Assembly (NCBI RefSeq): GCF_020745735.1
Contig: NC_083417.1
Location: forward strand, 36,084,001 to 36,148,000
Reading direction: 5' to 3'
Length of the DNA: 64,000 bases
Source: Hemiscyllium ocellatum
Lineage: Eukaryota
The stretch's first letter is position 1; each line of letters begins with the position of its first letter. The position numbers and the translations under genes were made by a program. Below the pieces are notes generated by a model. The model saw only the letters and a program-made list of their open reading frames with translations, searched no databases and had not been told where the DNA came from. Shown in pieces: positions 1 to 13,545 of the stretch.

Positions 1-3000
1 TACGCTCAGTTATGTAAAACTGCCTTCTGATGTTAACTTGATCACTTTTATTCAAATTATAGTAAGTCTAGTTACAACTAGGTTTACATGCTGAGCATTT
101 TTGTTTTTATGTGTTTAAACTTGTTGATTTCTCATTTCTAATTTGCTTGTATTTATCAGTAACGATGAAAAGTCTGCACAGAGGATAGAACAAGTGGTCA
201 AATTCTCATATATTATCTTTATTTTTTCCACAAGTCATTGATCTGGATAACTGGCATGTTCTAGACATCTTTCCATTGTCACCCTTTTGAAACTAATGTA
301 CCTTAATGTACAGCTTTCACAAAATTGGACTTTTACTGTGAATTTGCTCTGCATTATCCTATGAAGTAAGTTTGTACAGTTCATTTGTTACGTTTCTTTG
401 ATACTGTTTTTTTCACAAGTTATGAACCTGTACATGCGAATAAGAGTCATCCTATAATTTATAAGGATTACATTTTGTATCCATATTCTATCTGCAATAA
501 CCTGAAAACCCAAGATAATTAATCATTTTTCTTAATTGTTCTAGGTACTATGAGTAACAAAAATACATGACCCATGTTTATTTCTTCCACATTGAGCAAA
601 ACTTGACCCATTCAAGTTTGTGAGATAGCTCCAGTAAAAATATTTAGATATTCCAAATACTAACAGTGCAATACACAGATATGATGTGATAGAAATCAGT
701 GTAGGACTCTACCTTGCAAATGATCAGACTGTATCAGCTTGGCTACACCTTTACTTAGGACAAACCTCCTAAATTACTTTGTGGGCTTAAAGTATTTTAC
801 AAATTACTTTGAATATCCATCAGCAATTGACAGGGTACTTTGCTTGTCTTTATGAAATGGCTGGAACTGAAGTGTGAATTCCTGGTTTTTACCTTGCTTT
901 TTTAAAAAAACGTTGGAAATGAAAACCATTTGTGATAATTATTTGAAAGGAGAATGCAATACAATAACTGATAGATAGCATAGTGGGAGCAGTTAGAGTT
1001 AACAGAGCAACTTTAATCAGAATAATTGGTTCTGCATCATAGCCTCTGCATGCAGAAGATATATTGTACTGTGGATAGATTGTTTTCAAACAAAGATTAT
1101 ATAGAAAGCAATAGAAAGATATGACAATACAATATAATGCCCTGGACTTTGTCCACTGATTTTTGTAATTGAATATTCTACTGAGATGATTAATCAAATA
1201 TTTGGATATCTTAAATCATCATAAACATCAAACCATTTCCTGTTCAAGTGTAAATCTTGCACACTGGAATGTTTGTGTTTTGTCAAACATGGAGCAGCTT
1301 AATTCGGATCACATTTTGAGATTTTTGTGAGCTATTAAATTGAAAACAAAAACCAATTTCAGGATGTGCATTATTACTGAAACAGTACAATCACCTTTGT
1401 ACAACACAACTTGAATGACTGTATCAAAAGTGCATTTGATGCTGCACCATTACTGTATAGTCTGACTTCTTATTTTCTATCATTCAAAAGTTTAATTGTC
1501 AAAGGCTTTGTAAAATGAAAATGACTATTAAGATTTTATTAACATTAATATTGCATGAAGTGATGTTTACACTTTAGGCAGTGTGCTTATAATTTGAAAA
1601 GCTTTTTTTAGAAAAGCAATGTCCCTAATCACTACATCAACCTCTCGCCATCTTTTCCCCAGACTATGATGTTAAAGTGTCTGTGCAGCGTTTTCATTCT
1701 CTTCAGAATGCTTGCCTGTTGGGTGGTAGAGGATTCTTTTTAATAAACATCTTAATTAAAAAAGCAGAAACGGAATGTGCAATTTTGTGAAACTTAATGC
1801 ACTGGAATTTTGAACAGAAAAGATTATTAATTTATATGCTGAATTATTTCTATTTCTCTGTATACTTTTTTTGCTTTAGATCATAATTAAAATGAAAGAT
1901 TCAAATGTTGAATATTAGCTTTACAGATAATACAACAAACAGCTAGAATAAAGCAGTATAGATGAATGCTGGTCTGCTTTGAAAATCAAATGTACAATTC
2001 CAAAGTATTTATTTTGGTTTAATTGAGCCGAACCATGGAAAGAAATACCGGTGTTTTAATGCTGAAACCTCCAGACTATTAGAATAGTGATCACTTAAAT
2101 CATTTCTTTTTATTCCCGAGGGCCAGATAAAGGTTCTGAACAGTGGAAACTTTCCTTTAACCCTCTCCCATCAGAAAGTGTCTTGACACGATCCTTAAGC
2201 TGGCAATATACTTTCCAATAAAGTTTGTTGCAGATATTCAATTTCCATTATTAGCAATTGAAAACAGATTTAGTTTGACACCATTGTAAGACTCAACTTT
2301 ATTGTAGTTACTTAAGTAGGAAATCTCTGCAGATTTTTGTTCACTTACCATGACTATCCTAGATCCTTCCATATTCTAGAAGCATTGGTTTAGTTTATTT
2401 CTCTTCTTATACGGGATCTCCTTTTTCCACATCACCTTTGCCCAGAATGTGAAGGAGGTGCTAAACTTTTTGAATCACCACTAAAAGTTTGTTTTTATCT
2501 TTTCTTTCCTGTAGTATTTTTTCCTGAGATAAGTACATTGTCTTTGCCCACCAAGTACCTGGGTAATTTGCAGTAAGCCTAGAGTAGAACATAGAACTCT
2601 CTACTTGCTTTCAGATTATTCAGATTATTTTAAACATCTTAGTTAAAAGTGGCAAATCTAATTCCACTGTGCGTTAGTGGATATGTGAACAGAAACAATG
2701 AAACATTGAACATTTACTTTGGTTTAAGATTAATTTATTTATTATTATTTATGAGACTAGAACTGACAAACAGGACTATTGAATAATCCACTATATCCAT
2801 CCAAACTTAGATAAGTACATTAACATTTATGTACATGGTGGAAGGTTGTCATTCAAAGCAGTTCATTATTTGTGCCAAAGCAATGTTGGGCTATAGGGGC
2901 ATGATGTATCCTTGCTTTATAATCTTGTCATTTCCTGACAATGGACATTTAACATTTAAAGGTACCAAAGAAATATAATCAATGATGTGATCCTTGAATT

Positions 3001-3931
3001 TCATTCCCATCCTTCAAAGTTAACAATCTCCATTGTTTTTGAGGTTGCTCACCACATGATGCTGTGTGCTTCTAAAACCTTTCAAGCCTTAGCTGGTAAA
3101 CACATATCTCACAGTGTCTTTAGGATCTATAAGAACAAACTGACCCATTAACCATGATTATAATAGATGTTTGACTCTGATGTACATCAACTGCAAAAGA
3201 GAAAGCATTACCAGAAACAAAGACCGAAAACATAAGAATAGAACCAATCTCCATCTAATAAAGGCCTGGATCAGAGACACAAGAGGTGGCTTGAAGGAGT
3301 TTATGGTAATGCTCTGATTTCCCTTTCATCCCTGTGGGCACCCTGTTAGTTTCACTTTGCCCATTCCCTGACTGCATAAGTCAAGCTGATAGCTCACCAA
3401 GCAATGAGGCATTTGGCTAAATATGTGGGACAGGATTTGAAAACATTCACTAGCTCTACTTGGGACTGTGTTGGCAGAGGTTTTTCTGCATGTTCAGAAG
3501 ATGATAAACAGAAAGTTTAGCTCAACCTGTTGAGGGATTACACTGTACTTCACAGTCACTGTTAAGCAAACAGAAAAATTTCTAATGGTCTTGAAAGCCC
3601 CCTTTGACATTTAAGTAAATTTCTTGTTTCAATTCTTCTTCTACACGTCCCGTAATAGAAGAGTACAAAAGACCTGATTAAAACTTTTATGTGATTACTA
3701 AAGCTCTGCATCCTGACACAATTTTGCAAATTGAACCAAGCAATGGAATTTTAAGTTACATTCTGCTTATCCATTTACATAGAAAAGTATTAACTTTGTT
3801 CTCATCGTAATCATGAGAAACTGCAGTACAAGCTGAGGCCTGATATTCCTCACACATTTCAGGACCGTGCTAACATACCCAAATGTTAAAGCCCACACTG
3901 AGTAACAATTACACAGCTGCAATTATATTCA

Positions 3932-4057
3932 GTAATAAAAACTAAAAGAATTGCTGATGCTGGAAATCAAAAACAAGTTCTGTAAAAGAGTCACTGGACC
4001 CAAAACGTTTACTCTGATTTCTCTCCACAATGCTGCCAGATCTGCTGGGTTTTTCCA
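3932..4057. mobile_element. Short inverted Penelope-like terminal (pLTR) insertion, old subfamily B, decayed hammerhead
   Basis: Terminal tip in minus orientation (aaaagaattgctgatgctggaaatc) is joined to a plus-strand gttCTGtAaAagagtcactggacccaAAACGTT...atgctgccagatctgctgggtttttccagc. Flanked by gcaattatattca (3919-3931) and gcaattatcctca (4058-4070). Confidence 0.7.
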
Positions 4058-4830
4058 GCAATTATCCTCAAATTGGTCAGTTAGTAATCAGAAAGTAGGC
4101 TTGCTGGATGGGTTTGAGAAACTGTAAGGTCACCAGGCAGACCTCTATCTCTGACAATGCATAAGATGAGTATGTGCCCCGAGATAGAAGAGGTGCTCTA
4201 GGGCTCAACAACTTTAAAAATACAAAATGAACACTACCTGAGCCACTGTTGCACTGAGAGGAAACACTACAGCTGTGGAACCACCCCACCCTATCCCCAA
4301 TCTGCTGCTGATAGGCTACCTTCAGTAAACTGCATTGTCCCTTGATAACTCCAGGGAGTTTTTGTTTTAAACACCCTGATCCCTCCCTGAGGTGATAATG
4401 CATTTTTGCACAATCATTTGTTTCAGATTAAAGACTAGAAAATTCCAGTTGGCTGCCAAAAATGGGCATTAATCGTTCCTTAACAGGGTAAATCGACTAA
4501 CTTCAGTTCCTCGGTGGGAAGCTCATTCCACCCTGCGGGTGGGTGCAGACTAAAGCTACAGAATCAACCAGCTGGGCAAAATTCTGTAATACCCTAGCTC
4601 CATGTCTGCTCCCATCGGCTCCTAAAAAACTACCTCTCAATTGCAGTCCATGCCTAGCTGATCACAACTAGCCAAAATCAAACCTCAAACATCTTATAAA
4701 AGCATATTAGGGAAAAAAAAGGCAAATATTTTCTTTAATGAATAAAAGTGTTTAAAATAACTACATTATGTTCTTTTCATCATGGTTTCAAATATAACAG
4801 ACTCAAAATATGTTTCATTACATTAGTTAA

Positions 4831-5133
4831 GGTGACACGGTGGCTCAGTGGTTAGTACTACTGCCTCACAACGCCAGGGATCTGGGTTCAATTGACACCT
4901 CGGGTGGCTGTCTATGTGGAGTTTGCACATTCTCCCCAAGTCTGCATAGGTTTCCTCCCACAGCCCAAAAATGTGGAGGTCAGGTGAATTGGTCATGCTA
5001 AATTGCCATAGTGTTAGGTGCATTAGTCAGGGGTAAGTATGGGGAATGGGTCTGGGTGGGTTACTCTTCAGAGGGTCAGTGTGGTCTTGTTGGGCCAAAA
5101 GGCCTGTTTCCATACTGTAGGGAATCTAACCTA
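4831..5133 (+). mobile_element. tRNA-derived SINE, HE1/V-SINE-like
   Basis: A box tggctcagtgg, B box gggttcaatt, V-domain-like core (tgtggagtttgcacattctcccc) and CR1-like 3' tail ggcctgtttccatactgta. Confidence 0.9.
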
Positions 5134-5297
5134 AAAATTAACAAAGAAGAGAAAGTTGTTAAATATTTCTTAATAACCACAATTAACTCAGTTACTGTGT
5201 GCAATGTAACTAATTGATCGTTTGATGTGTTTACATGAATGTCTTTTTTGTTATTAGAAGAATTGCAAATACTGAAGTCGCTATCTACTTAGGAAGA

Positions 5298-5600
5298 GAA
5301 AAAAACATTGCATTTATATAGTGGATTTCATCATCTCAGGGTGTCCAGCGTGCTTTGTGTTTTAAATGCAATTGATGTTGTAAAATAGAGAATATTATCA
5401 ATTAATTTTCACACTGCAAGGTCCCACAAGTAGCAATGAGATAATAACCAGCTAACCTTTGTAGGTGTTGTTTGAGTGGTAACCCATTGATCAAGGCATT
5501 AGGATAAGTCAAACACTTGGGTGCTTTTCAAAACAGTGCCTTGGCATTTTTTACATCCTTTTTGACAATAAAAACAGAATCTTAATGTAATGCCTTCTAC
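5298..5600 (-). mobile_element. Decayed DeuSINE (AmnSINE1/SacSINE1-like) remnant
   Basis: Reverse complement reads ...tattatctcattgctacttgtgggaccttgcagtgtg...ctgagatgatgaaatccactatataaatgcaatg, matching my recollection of the Deu domain and tail. Confidence 0.65.
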
Positions 5601-8600
5601 ATTACAGTTGGCCTTAGCCTATATTTTGTTATCCGGAAAATCATTAATAACCAACATTAAATAATATTAAACTGGAAAAACTGGCAAGTGTTAACTTAAA
5701 TTTCTAATCTGCAGGCTTTTGCAATTCTAGGGTAAAATTGTCAACTTGCTGCCCAAGTGCAAAACTGGTGTGGTGAATCAGGCACCCATTATAGGAATCA
5801 CCTCATTTTGTTGACATTTCTCCAACAGATTTACAGGCCAGATTGACATGTAGCAGCCCTTTTACTTACCGGTTCCTTTACCAATTTATAGGATTACTCC
5901 TGTTTGATTACATTTTCGAATGATGGATTATGGTTATTATTCTGTGAAATAACTGATAGTTTTGGCCATGAGGACAGTGCAGCTGGGTGAAATCAATTCT
6001 GGAGGAAAGTTAAAAACTGCCAAGAACTTTCCTGAAAACTTGAGACTTTTTGTCAAGTCATGATATTATCACAAAAGTATAGAATAAATTGACACACCGT
6101 TCATTTGAATTGTAAGCTGTTCATTTTGAACAAGATAATATGTTGCTTACAATTTCATATGATGGCATTTACCAATAGCATTCAGTGTGATTTTATATAT
6201 TTCAGGAACAATTGCAAAGTTAAGACTGAGAGGGACACAGTTAATTCATAAATGTTTTGACCAACGTCCTTACTGGTGGGGAACAGTTGTTTAAAAAATG
6301 TGAAGCTAATTTTCATTGTTATTACATAGTGAAAAAATTTAATAAAGTTCATGTCAACTGTGCTGCTTTGGAAAAAGACATATCAAACATTTTTCATGAG
6401 GGTGATTTTTTTAAAGACATTTCTCTACTACATTATGTTTACATTTAAATTGTGTGATTTTTCACTCATTGAAATAAAGCTACAAATAGAATTAAAATCT
6501 AAAGTGAAAGAGTTTGCTATTGCAGCTGTAAGAAAAGACCTATCCCAGGGTAGGGGGAAAGGCTGAGTGGGTTTAGGTGCACACTGGTCAGTGTTGATGC
6601 TACACGGCCATAAATCTTGCCCTTTTTCTGCCTAGTTATTGTGTATTTCGTTGGGTGAAAGATTGATTGTAGCAGCAGAAGATGAATTTGCCTACAGACC
6701 CTTTCTTCTTTCTTTACACTCCTGATCCCTCACCAAGGTGATAATGTATTTTTGCACAATCATTTGTTTCAGATTAAATGGCACATGGAACATAGGCGAG
6801 GCCATCTTGCAAGTGGGCAAATGTGAGGGCATGAAGATGTACAACTGTCTCAGGTGTGAATGCAGCCCATACCCCACAGGACGTCCATGTTTTCCTGAAG
6901 GAGAGTCAGCTGTATGAAGAAAGTCCATTATTCATTCCTTCCTATTCTACTCAAGGTGGCAGACTGAGTGTGCAGATCATTCACTGTAGATACACTTTCT
7001 TTTATTCTTTTTTCCCTGCTAAAGGGGCTTCAATTTATTTGCACATCTCTTTTGATAATTATTAAAGCTATTGTATTTTACACTGGAAAACTTTGAAAGT
7101 CAAACGAACACTTTCATCTTGACCTTTCTGCAACACTGCCCCATATTCACTGCTTGTCAGCACATGTTAGTCTGGAGTCATCCGTCACTGCCATCCGTCA
7201 CTCCTCTGCCATTCCCATCAGTCCCATTATCTGGGATCAGGAGAGAGCTGAGGATGTAGCCTGAAGGATCATTAAGCCTCTGTTCCCAGGTATCACAGGT
7301 AGTCCAGGTGGCCTGTTGTTATTTATAATAAAGGAACAACACAGCAGAACTACATGACAGTAGCCCATGAGGCTTAAAGAAGGATGGGGTGAAAGATGTC
7401 ACAAATGAAGGACAGTTAAAAGTGGACTCCTTTCCCTGTGAACAGGCTGGCTTTATTGAACATCTGTTTAGGTACTTTGCCTCTAAGATTGATTAATTTA
7501 ATTGTTTGCACTTTGCTTTAGTGAAATTTGAATACTTGATGTCTGCTCTGAAGGATGTTGTACTGGTTTCTTTGCTTTCTCAAACAGACTTATCCTCGCA
7601 GCTAGATGTCATGGGTGCAGATATTGCAAATACAAACTTGATTTTAATATGGAAAAGCAACTGCAGGAGCTGGTGTCAGATTCACTTACACGTTTTCAAC
7701 CTTGCTGCACAAATCATATGTTTCGGAAAAAAATAGAATGGAAAGTTTGTTATAATGCAATGATTATGGCTGACATATTTTGAATAATCTTGCAGTTCAG
7801 TTTTCTTTATTTTGAAATGACAGTTTGATCTGCTTTCAGGACGTTACAGTTATTCCATTGTGTCAGCAAATTTTCCTCAGAGTATATCACAGAATGAAAC
7901 GAATGATTAGTATCCAAAATGTGGACAGAGCAGAAATAGCTTTTGATGCAATTAATGAGCCTAACATCATCCGTTGTTCTATAACAACCAATTATTGTGA
8001 ACAAATATGAATTGCAGAAAACAAACTATCTTTTAAAAAAAGGAAAATTAATGCTTGTGAAAGACGCTTGTTGGCCCCTGAGACTGACCACACAATATAT
8101 CCTTCTTCACCAGTCAGTGCACCAAGGCCAGAGCCAGGTGCCTATGGTACTTGTATCCTTCCACATCAGTCATACTGTATGGAGCAGACAATTAATTCTG
8201 GAGCAAAATTGAAAGTCAGAGGCAGAGTGTGAAAGAACAGAGTGACAATAATAAAGTGCCCCTGCCTCACATTAATCTCCTTCACTTCAGTGCTGTCAGA
8301 GGCGGCCTGGCGGTGACTAATGCCAAGCTTTGCATACAGTGGTCACAGACATGAACAGCATGCTCCCTTTACAGCACCCGCGATTCGCTTTGTTGAGTTT
8401 TTGACTCCTGCAGAATCATCGAAAAACTGTAGCTGCTGGTCAAAGGTAGAACACTGAAGCCTTCATCATATCTATTGATCGATGCGCATGATACCCACCT
8501 CAGCTTTAGAAAGGAAGCACAAGAAACGCAAGGGAGAGGGTTCAAAGAAGTTTCTAAATGGATTAACTCAGCAGGAATGGGTTAAAAAAAAGTCAGCTGT

Positions 8601-9439
8601 CAATAAAGTAAAAATACTTTTACAAGGTAGCACTTGAATAGAGAAATGAGGGAGAGCGCACTGTTGTGGCACTAATCCTTTATGTTGTGAAACAGTTGAT
8701 ACACATTTGGGATTTGTGTTTTATTGATTTTATTGTCACTTCTTGCACAAGCAGTAAATGTGCTAACATTTGAGGTACAATATAATTATTCCAGAAAGGC
8801 AGACATCAAGGAAAATGTATTTTTAAATGCACAGGTTCTGACAGAAAGACTGTACTACTCAGAGGGGTCAATAGGTTAGAGAATTATTAGTCAATAGAAA
8901 TTAGTATAGTACATGACAAAAGCAACTGAACAAAAAAATAATGAATATGATTATTTTGTCTAACAAAAGGATGCTGAGTTGGTCAATTTGTTGAAGAAAC
9001 AATGTTTCTTCTGTACCATTTCAGTGAAAACCTCCCTTGTCAAGTTATTCAAGTCTGTTTATTAATTTTGCCTTACATTTAAAATGATGGTTGTTAACAA
9101 AACTAAACACAGAATCATCCTGGGTTCACCTGCATTCGACTTGTTTAGAATGCCCCTTTGAGTTAAAAAGGCACGAGGGTGGTGTGGTGACATACATCTC
9201 TCTGCACGTGTGCAGTTTAATTTTAGCACCCACAAAACTGTAATTTGATCATTATTATTCAAATCCATGCACAAATATTCAAATTCAGGATCTTGTTTTG
9301 ACCACCCAGACAGTATTGTGCATTGTTTTGGTGTCCATATTTTTAAAAATGAGTAAAGATTGGAACAAATAAGAAAATAAATTTGGTCGGTTGATGCCAA
9401 ATATGGGAGGATACAACTGCAAGAAAAACTGGAATAGGA

Positions 9440-9810
9440 TGGGCTGATAATCTAGAAAGAAGACCATGTGATGAGATGATAGAATTCTTTAAAATTATAA
9501 AGAGATGGTAGAAGTAGATACAATGTTTCCAATTGTGGAAAATTCAAAATTACAGGCCATTATATAAGCTACTCTCCAGAGAAATTATAAGGAATTAAGA
9601 AGAAACTTACTTATTCATCACTGCTCGAATGTAAAACTTGCAACTGAATGGAGTGGTTAAGATTGTTTGCTTCAATACATTTAAGGGGAAGCTAGTTTCA
9701 TACTTAAGGAACAAAGGAAAATGAAATTAGGCTGAGATGAAGACTCACATTCAGCAAAATCACCAGACTAGGCCTGGTGAGCTGAATGGCCTGTTCTTAC
9801 ACTGTAAGAT
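9440..9810 (+). mobile_element. Highly decayed CR1-like LINE 3' end
   Basis: Remnant of the ORF2 C-terminus (tagaattctttaaaattata; atttaaggggaagcta) and 3' tail gctgaatggcctgttct. Confidence 0.55.
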
Positions 9811-10825
9811 TATACGTATGTAACTATGCCCGTTGAAAACATACAACATTCTGCATCAAATTCCTGACAGTAACAAAAAGAGGTTAATGGTTTCCTTTAG
9901 GGATATGCATACTCTGTTTTTGATGTTATGATTGGAGCATACAGACTTGTGGTGGATATTTTTCTGCTAGTGCTCTAGTTAGCTTCTGAGTTAGGAGAAA
10001 ATTCCTCCTCAACAGTGCAAAATTAGTGGATGAAGGAGAAGAGGATGCATGATTTTAATGCTTGTCAACTTTCTCTCTGTGCAGAGATTTACGTTTGCAA
10101 ACCTTTCTCTCCATTGCAGTGTGTGTGGATCCAAGGGTTTTATCTGATACCATTGGAGTCCTGAGACCTGATATCCACCCCAGACCTGTCTCTGACATGC
10201 TCCAATGTAACTCTGCCCAGTTCTTCATTACAATGTCACTGTGGGTGGTGCATTCAATCAAGTATTAGCTATTACATACACTTGCAGACTCAATTTCATC
10301 ATCTCTCCTGAAGCCTTTATTTCACTATGCCAATGTTGTTATGGATTTATTTACATACATTGCTCTCCCATCTCACCCAGTTCTTGGACTTTAGAAATTT
10401 AGACTATCTGGAGGTTTCTCTATTCTCTTGAACATGATCTCTTTGGACTTGGAAGAATGGTAGTTTATTACTATAAGGTGCTCAACTTGAACTGTCTTCC
10501 TGGTGGTTTGAGGTCTGTAGCTCTTTCTTGAACTGGTGTACTTCTTTCATGGAGGTCTTTGGAGGTTTATACCCATCCTTCATAAATGTCAGAGTTGTCC
10601 CTTCTCTGGCAAGTGATTTCTTTTTCTTTGCAGTATTTTGGATCTTTGCACATTATTTAACTGCTTTTAGTGGTGTCTTCCGTGGAGTTGTGGCACTACA
10701 GCTTCAGTTTGTGTCTGTGGAATTCTTGTTCAGCCTATGGATCTGTACTGAAGAGGGTGGATTTATTAACTGTTTCACTTATCCCCTTGGTTAGCAATAA
10801 CAATATTTGCTACTCTTCCAATATC

Positions 10826-12081
10826 CAGCATGGTTTTGTGTGAGGGAAATCATACCTCATAAACTTGATTGAGTTTTCTGAGGCACAAACCAAAAAACCT
10901 GATGAGGGCAGAGTGGTAGATATTGTTTACATGGATTTTAGTAAAACCTTTGACAAGGATTCACATGGTAGGCTAATTGGTAAGAGATCACATGGGATTC
11001 AGGGTGAGCTTGCCAATTGGATACAAAACTGGCTCGATGTTAGGAGACAGAGAGGGGTGATGGAGGGTTGTTTTTCAGACTGGAGGCCTGCAACCAGCAG
11101 TGCTCCACAGGGATCGGTAATGGGTCCAGTTTTGTTTGTTATTCATACAAATGATTTGGATGAGAATACAGGAGGCATGATTAGTAAAGTTTGTGAATGA
11201 CACAAAAATTAGCGGTATAGTGGACAGTGAAGAAGGTTATCTAAGATTTCAAAGGGATCTTGATCAATTGATTTAATAGGCTGAGGAATGGCAGATGGAG
11301 TTTAATTTGGGTAAATGTGCCATTTGCATGTTAGTAAAATAAACAATGGCAGGACTAATACATTTGATGATAGGACCCTGGGTAGTGTGGTAGAACAGTG
11401 AGTGTGAGGGGTTCAGGGACATCATTCTTTGAAATTTGCATCATAGGTAGACTGTGTGGTTAAGAAGGCATTTGGCAAACTTGCCTTCATTGCCTAGACC
11501 TTTGAGTATAGGAGTTGGGATGTCCTGTTGAGGTTGTACAGGATGTTGGTGAGGCCTGAATTAGTGTGTACAGTTCTGGTTGCCCTGTTACAGGAAAATT
11601 ATTATTAAATTGGAGAGGGTTCAGAAAAGATTTACCAGGATGTTGCCAGGAATGGAGGGTTTATGTTATAAGGAGAGGTTCAAGAGGCTGGGAATGTTTT
11701 CACTGGAGCATAGAAAGTTGAGGGATGACCTTATGTAAAATCATGAAGGACACAAATAAGGTGAATAGCAGGATTCTTTTCCCTAGAGTAGGGTGTTCAA
11801 AACTAAGGGGCATGTTTTTAAATTGAGAGGAGAAGGTTTTAAAAAAGAAACGAGGGGCAAAGTTTTTACACAGAGTGGTTTGTGTGTTGAATGAACTGCC
11901 AGAGGAAGTGATGGATGCAGGTGTAGTTACAATGTTTAAAAGACATTTGGATATGTACATGAATGGGAAAAGTTTGGAGGGATATGGGCCAAATGCAGAC
12001 AAGTGGGACAAGTTTAGTTTGAGAACATAGTTGGCACGGACTATTTGGACCAAAGGCTCTGTTTCCATGACTCTGACTCTA
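10826..12081 (+). mobile_element. CR1 LINE, 5'-truncated (RT domain to 3' UTR), inactivated
   Basis: ORF 10865-11200 gives VDIVYMDFSKTFDK...PQGSVMGPVLF; stops and frameshifts follow; 3' tail ctgtttccatgactctgactct. Confidence 0.95.
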
Positions 12082-12800
12082 AGTGCATTTACTTGCTCAG
12101 CTTCTGTCTTAGTACCCAGCTTAGAAGCTATTCCACAGTTCAAGAATTGTTTTTTCCAGATTGTTCAATTTTGTATTCTATTTGGCCAATCCCTGTAATT
12201 AAATCTTCCTTGCAAAGCTATTTGTATGTTATCATCTTGAAAGGTTTTTGTTCTGCAATTGTGACAGTTCTCTTGTATTTTTCTGCTCTACTAAAAGGTT
12301 TTCACAGCCTTTGCAGTTGCAGTAGAAATTTTTCTAAACTGTACAGTTTTACAAAGACTCCTGGGGATTTCTCCTTATCCCCCAAATAAATTCTGTGATA
12401 GACCTGAATCAAACACTTTTCTCAATTGCTCAATGCTTACCTGCTTTAAATGGCTTAATTTACAATTTCCCCAGCTTTGTACTTTGACATATACAATATT
12501 TTTTCTAGTAGCCCTCATAGATTCTTTCTCACAGCTTTGTGGTGTCCATGCTCTCTAGGGACACACAATCTAATCAAAGTTGCAACTTATTGCTCTTTCA
12601 GCTTGAGTTACTGTGTCATTTAAGGCTTCCTCTTTTATACAAAATGCTTTTTTGCATTAACTCATACACTCCTCAAAGTCTGGTCAGCTTTTCCAGCTCA
12701 ACTTGGAATCAAGACTAATTCTACAGAAGACTGCCTTGCGACCCAGAAGGAAAAACACTCAAACTTACAAATGACACATACTGGGCTGACTTGTCTTGTG

Positions 12801-13021
12801 TCGAGTGTGTGGTACTGGAAATGTACAGCAGGTCAGGCAGCATTCGTGGAGCAGGAGAATTGATGTTTCAGGCATAAGCCTTTCATCAGTCCTTCCAGAT
12901 GAAGGGTTTATGCTCGAAACCTCGATTCTCCTGTTCCTCTGATGCTGCCTGACCTGCTGTGCTTGTCCAGTACCACACTCTCAACTCTGATCTCCAATAT
13001 CTACAGTCCTCACTTTGCCAG
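12801..13021. mobile_element. Palindromic PLE pLTR element with two opposed hammerhead motifs (subfamily A)
   Basis: Arms are reverse complements of each other. Minus strand has CTGATGAaaggcttatgcctGAAACatc; plus strand has CaGATGAagggtttatgctcGAAACctc. TSD cttgtcttgtg (12790-12800) / cttgttttgtg (13022-13032). Confidence 0.9.
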
Positions 13022-13545
13022 CTTGTTTTGTGATCCTCAGAAGAGTGCTCCAATATGTTAACCTCTAAGAATTACCATTTTATTTTGCTAGTTCTGCCCT
13101 CTGATGCAGACTATCCCTCTGGCTTGGAGCTGCAGATCTCTTCTGTTTCTTTGTGCGTTTTGGCAGGTGCGCAATGCTTTCTGTGCAATCTTTTCTGTGT
13201 TATTCTCAGAGTATTCCTTTGTGTTGAGAGTTGCCATGAAGCTTGTGGGGTTCATTGTCATTTGCAATCAGCAATAACTGTCTCTCTTGAATTCTTCTGG
13301 GTCAGCAGAATGTCATCTCCCTAGATATTCTCGAAGGCCTGAAGTCTAACTTCTCTTTGTTGGTACCATTTAGAAATAGCACTTCTCTATTGTTCATTAA
13401 TTTTTAACAATTACATCACTGCTCACCATGTGAGCACCTTTGCTGTTGTGTCAATAATTATAGCTTTCTCAAAAAATCTTATAAAGTAAACAATATGAAG
13501 ATATTTTGCATTACTGAAACCATTTACAGGCTACATTATAATGCA

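Noticed and set aside
9900-12700. Possible decayed LTR-retrotransposon gag/pol on the minus strand flanking the CR1
   Set aside because: Only vague compositional resemblance; no motif I can state with confidence.
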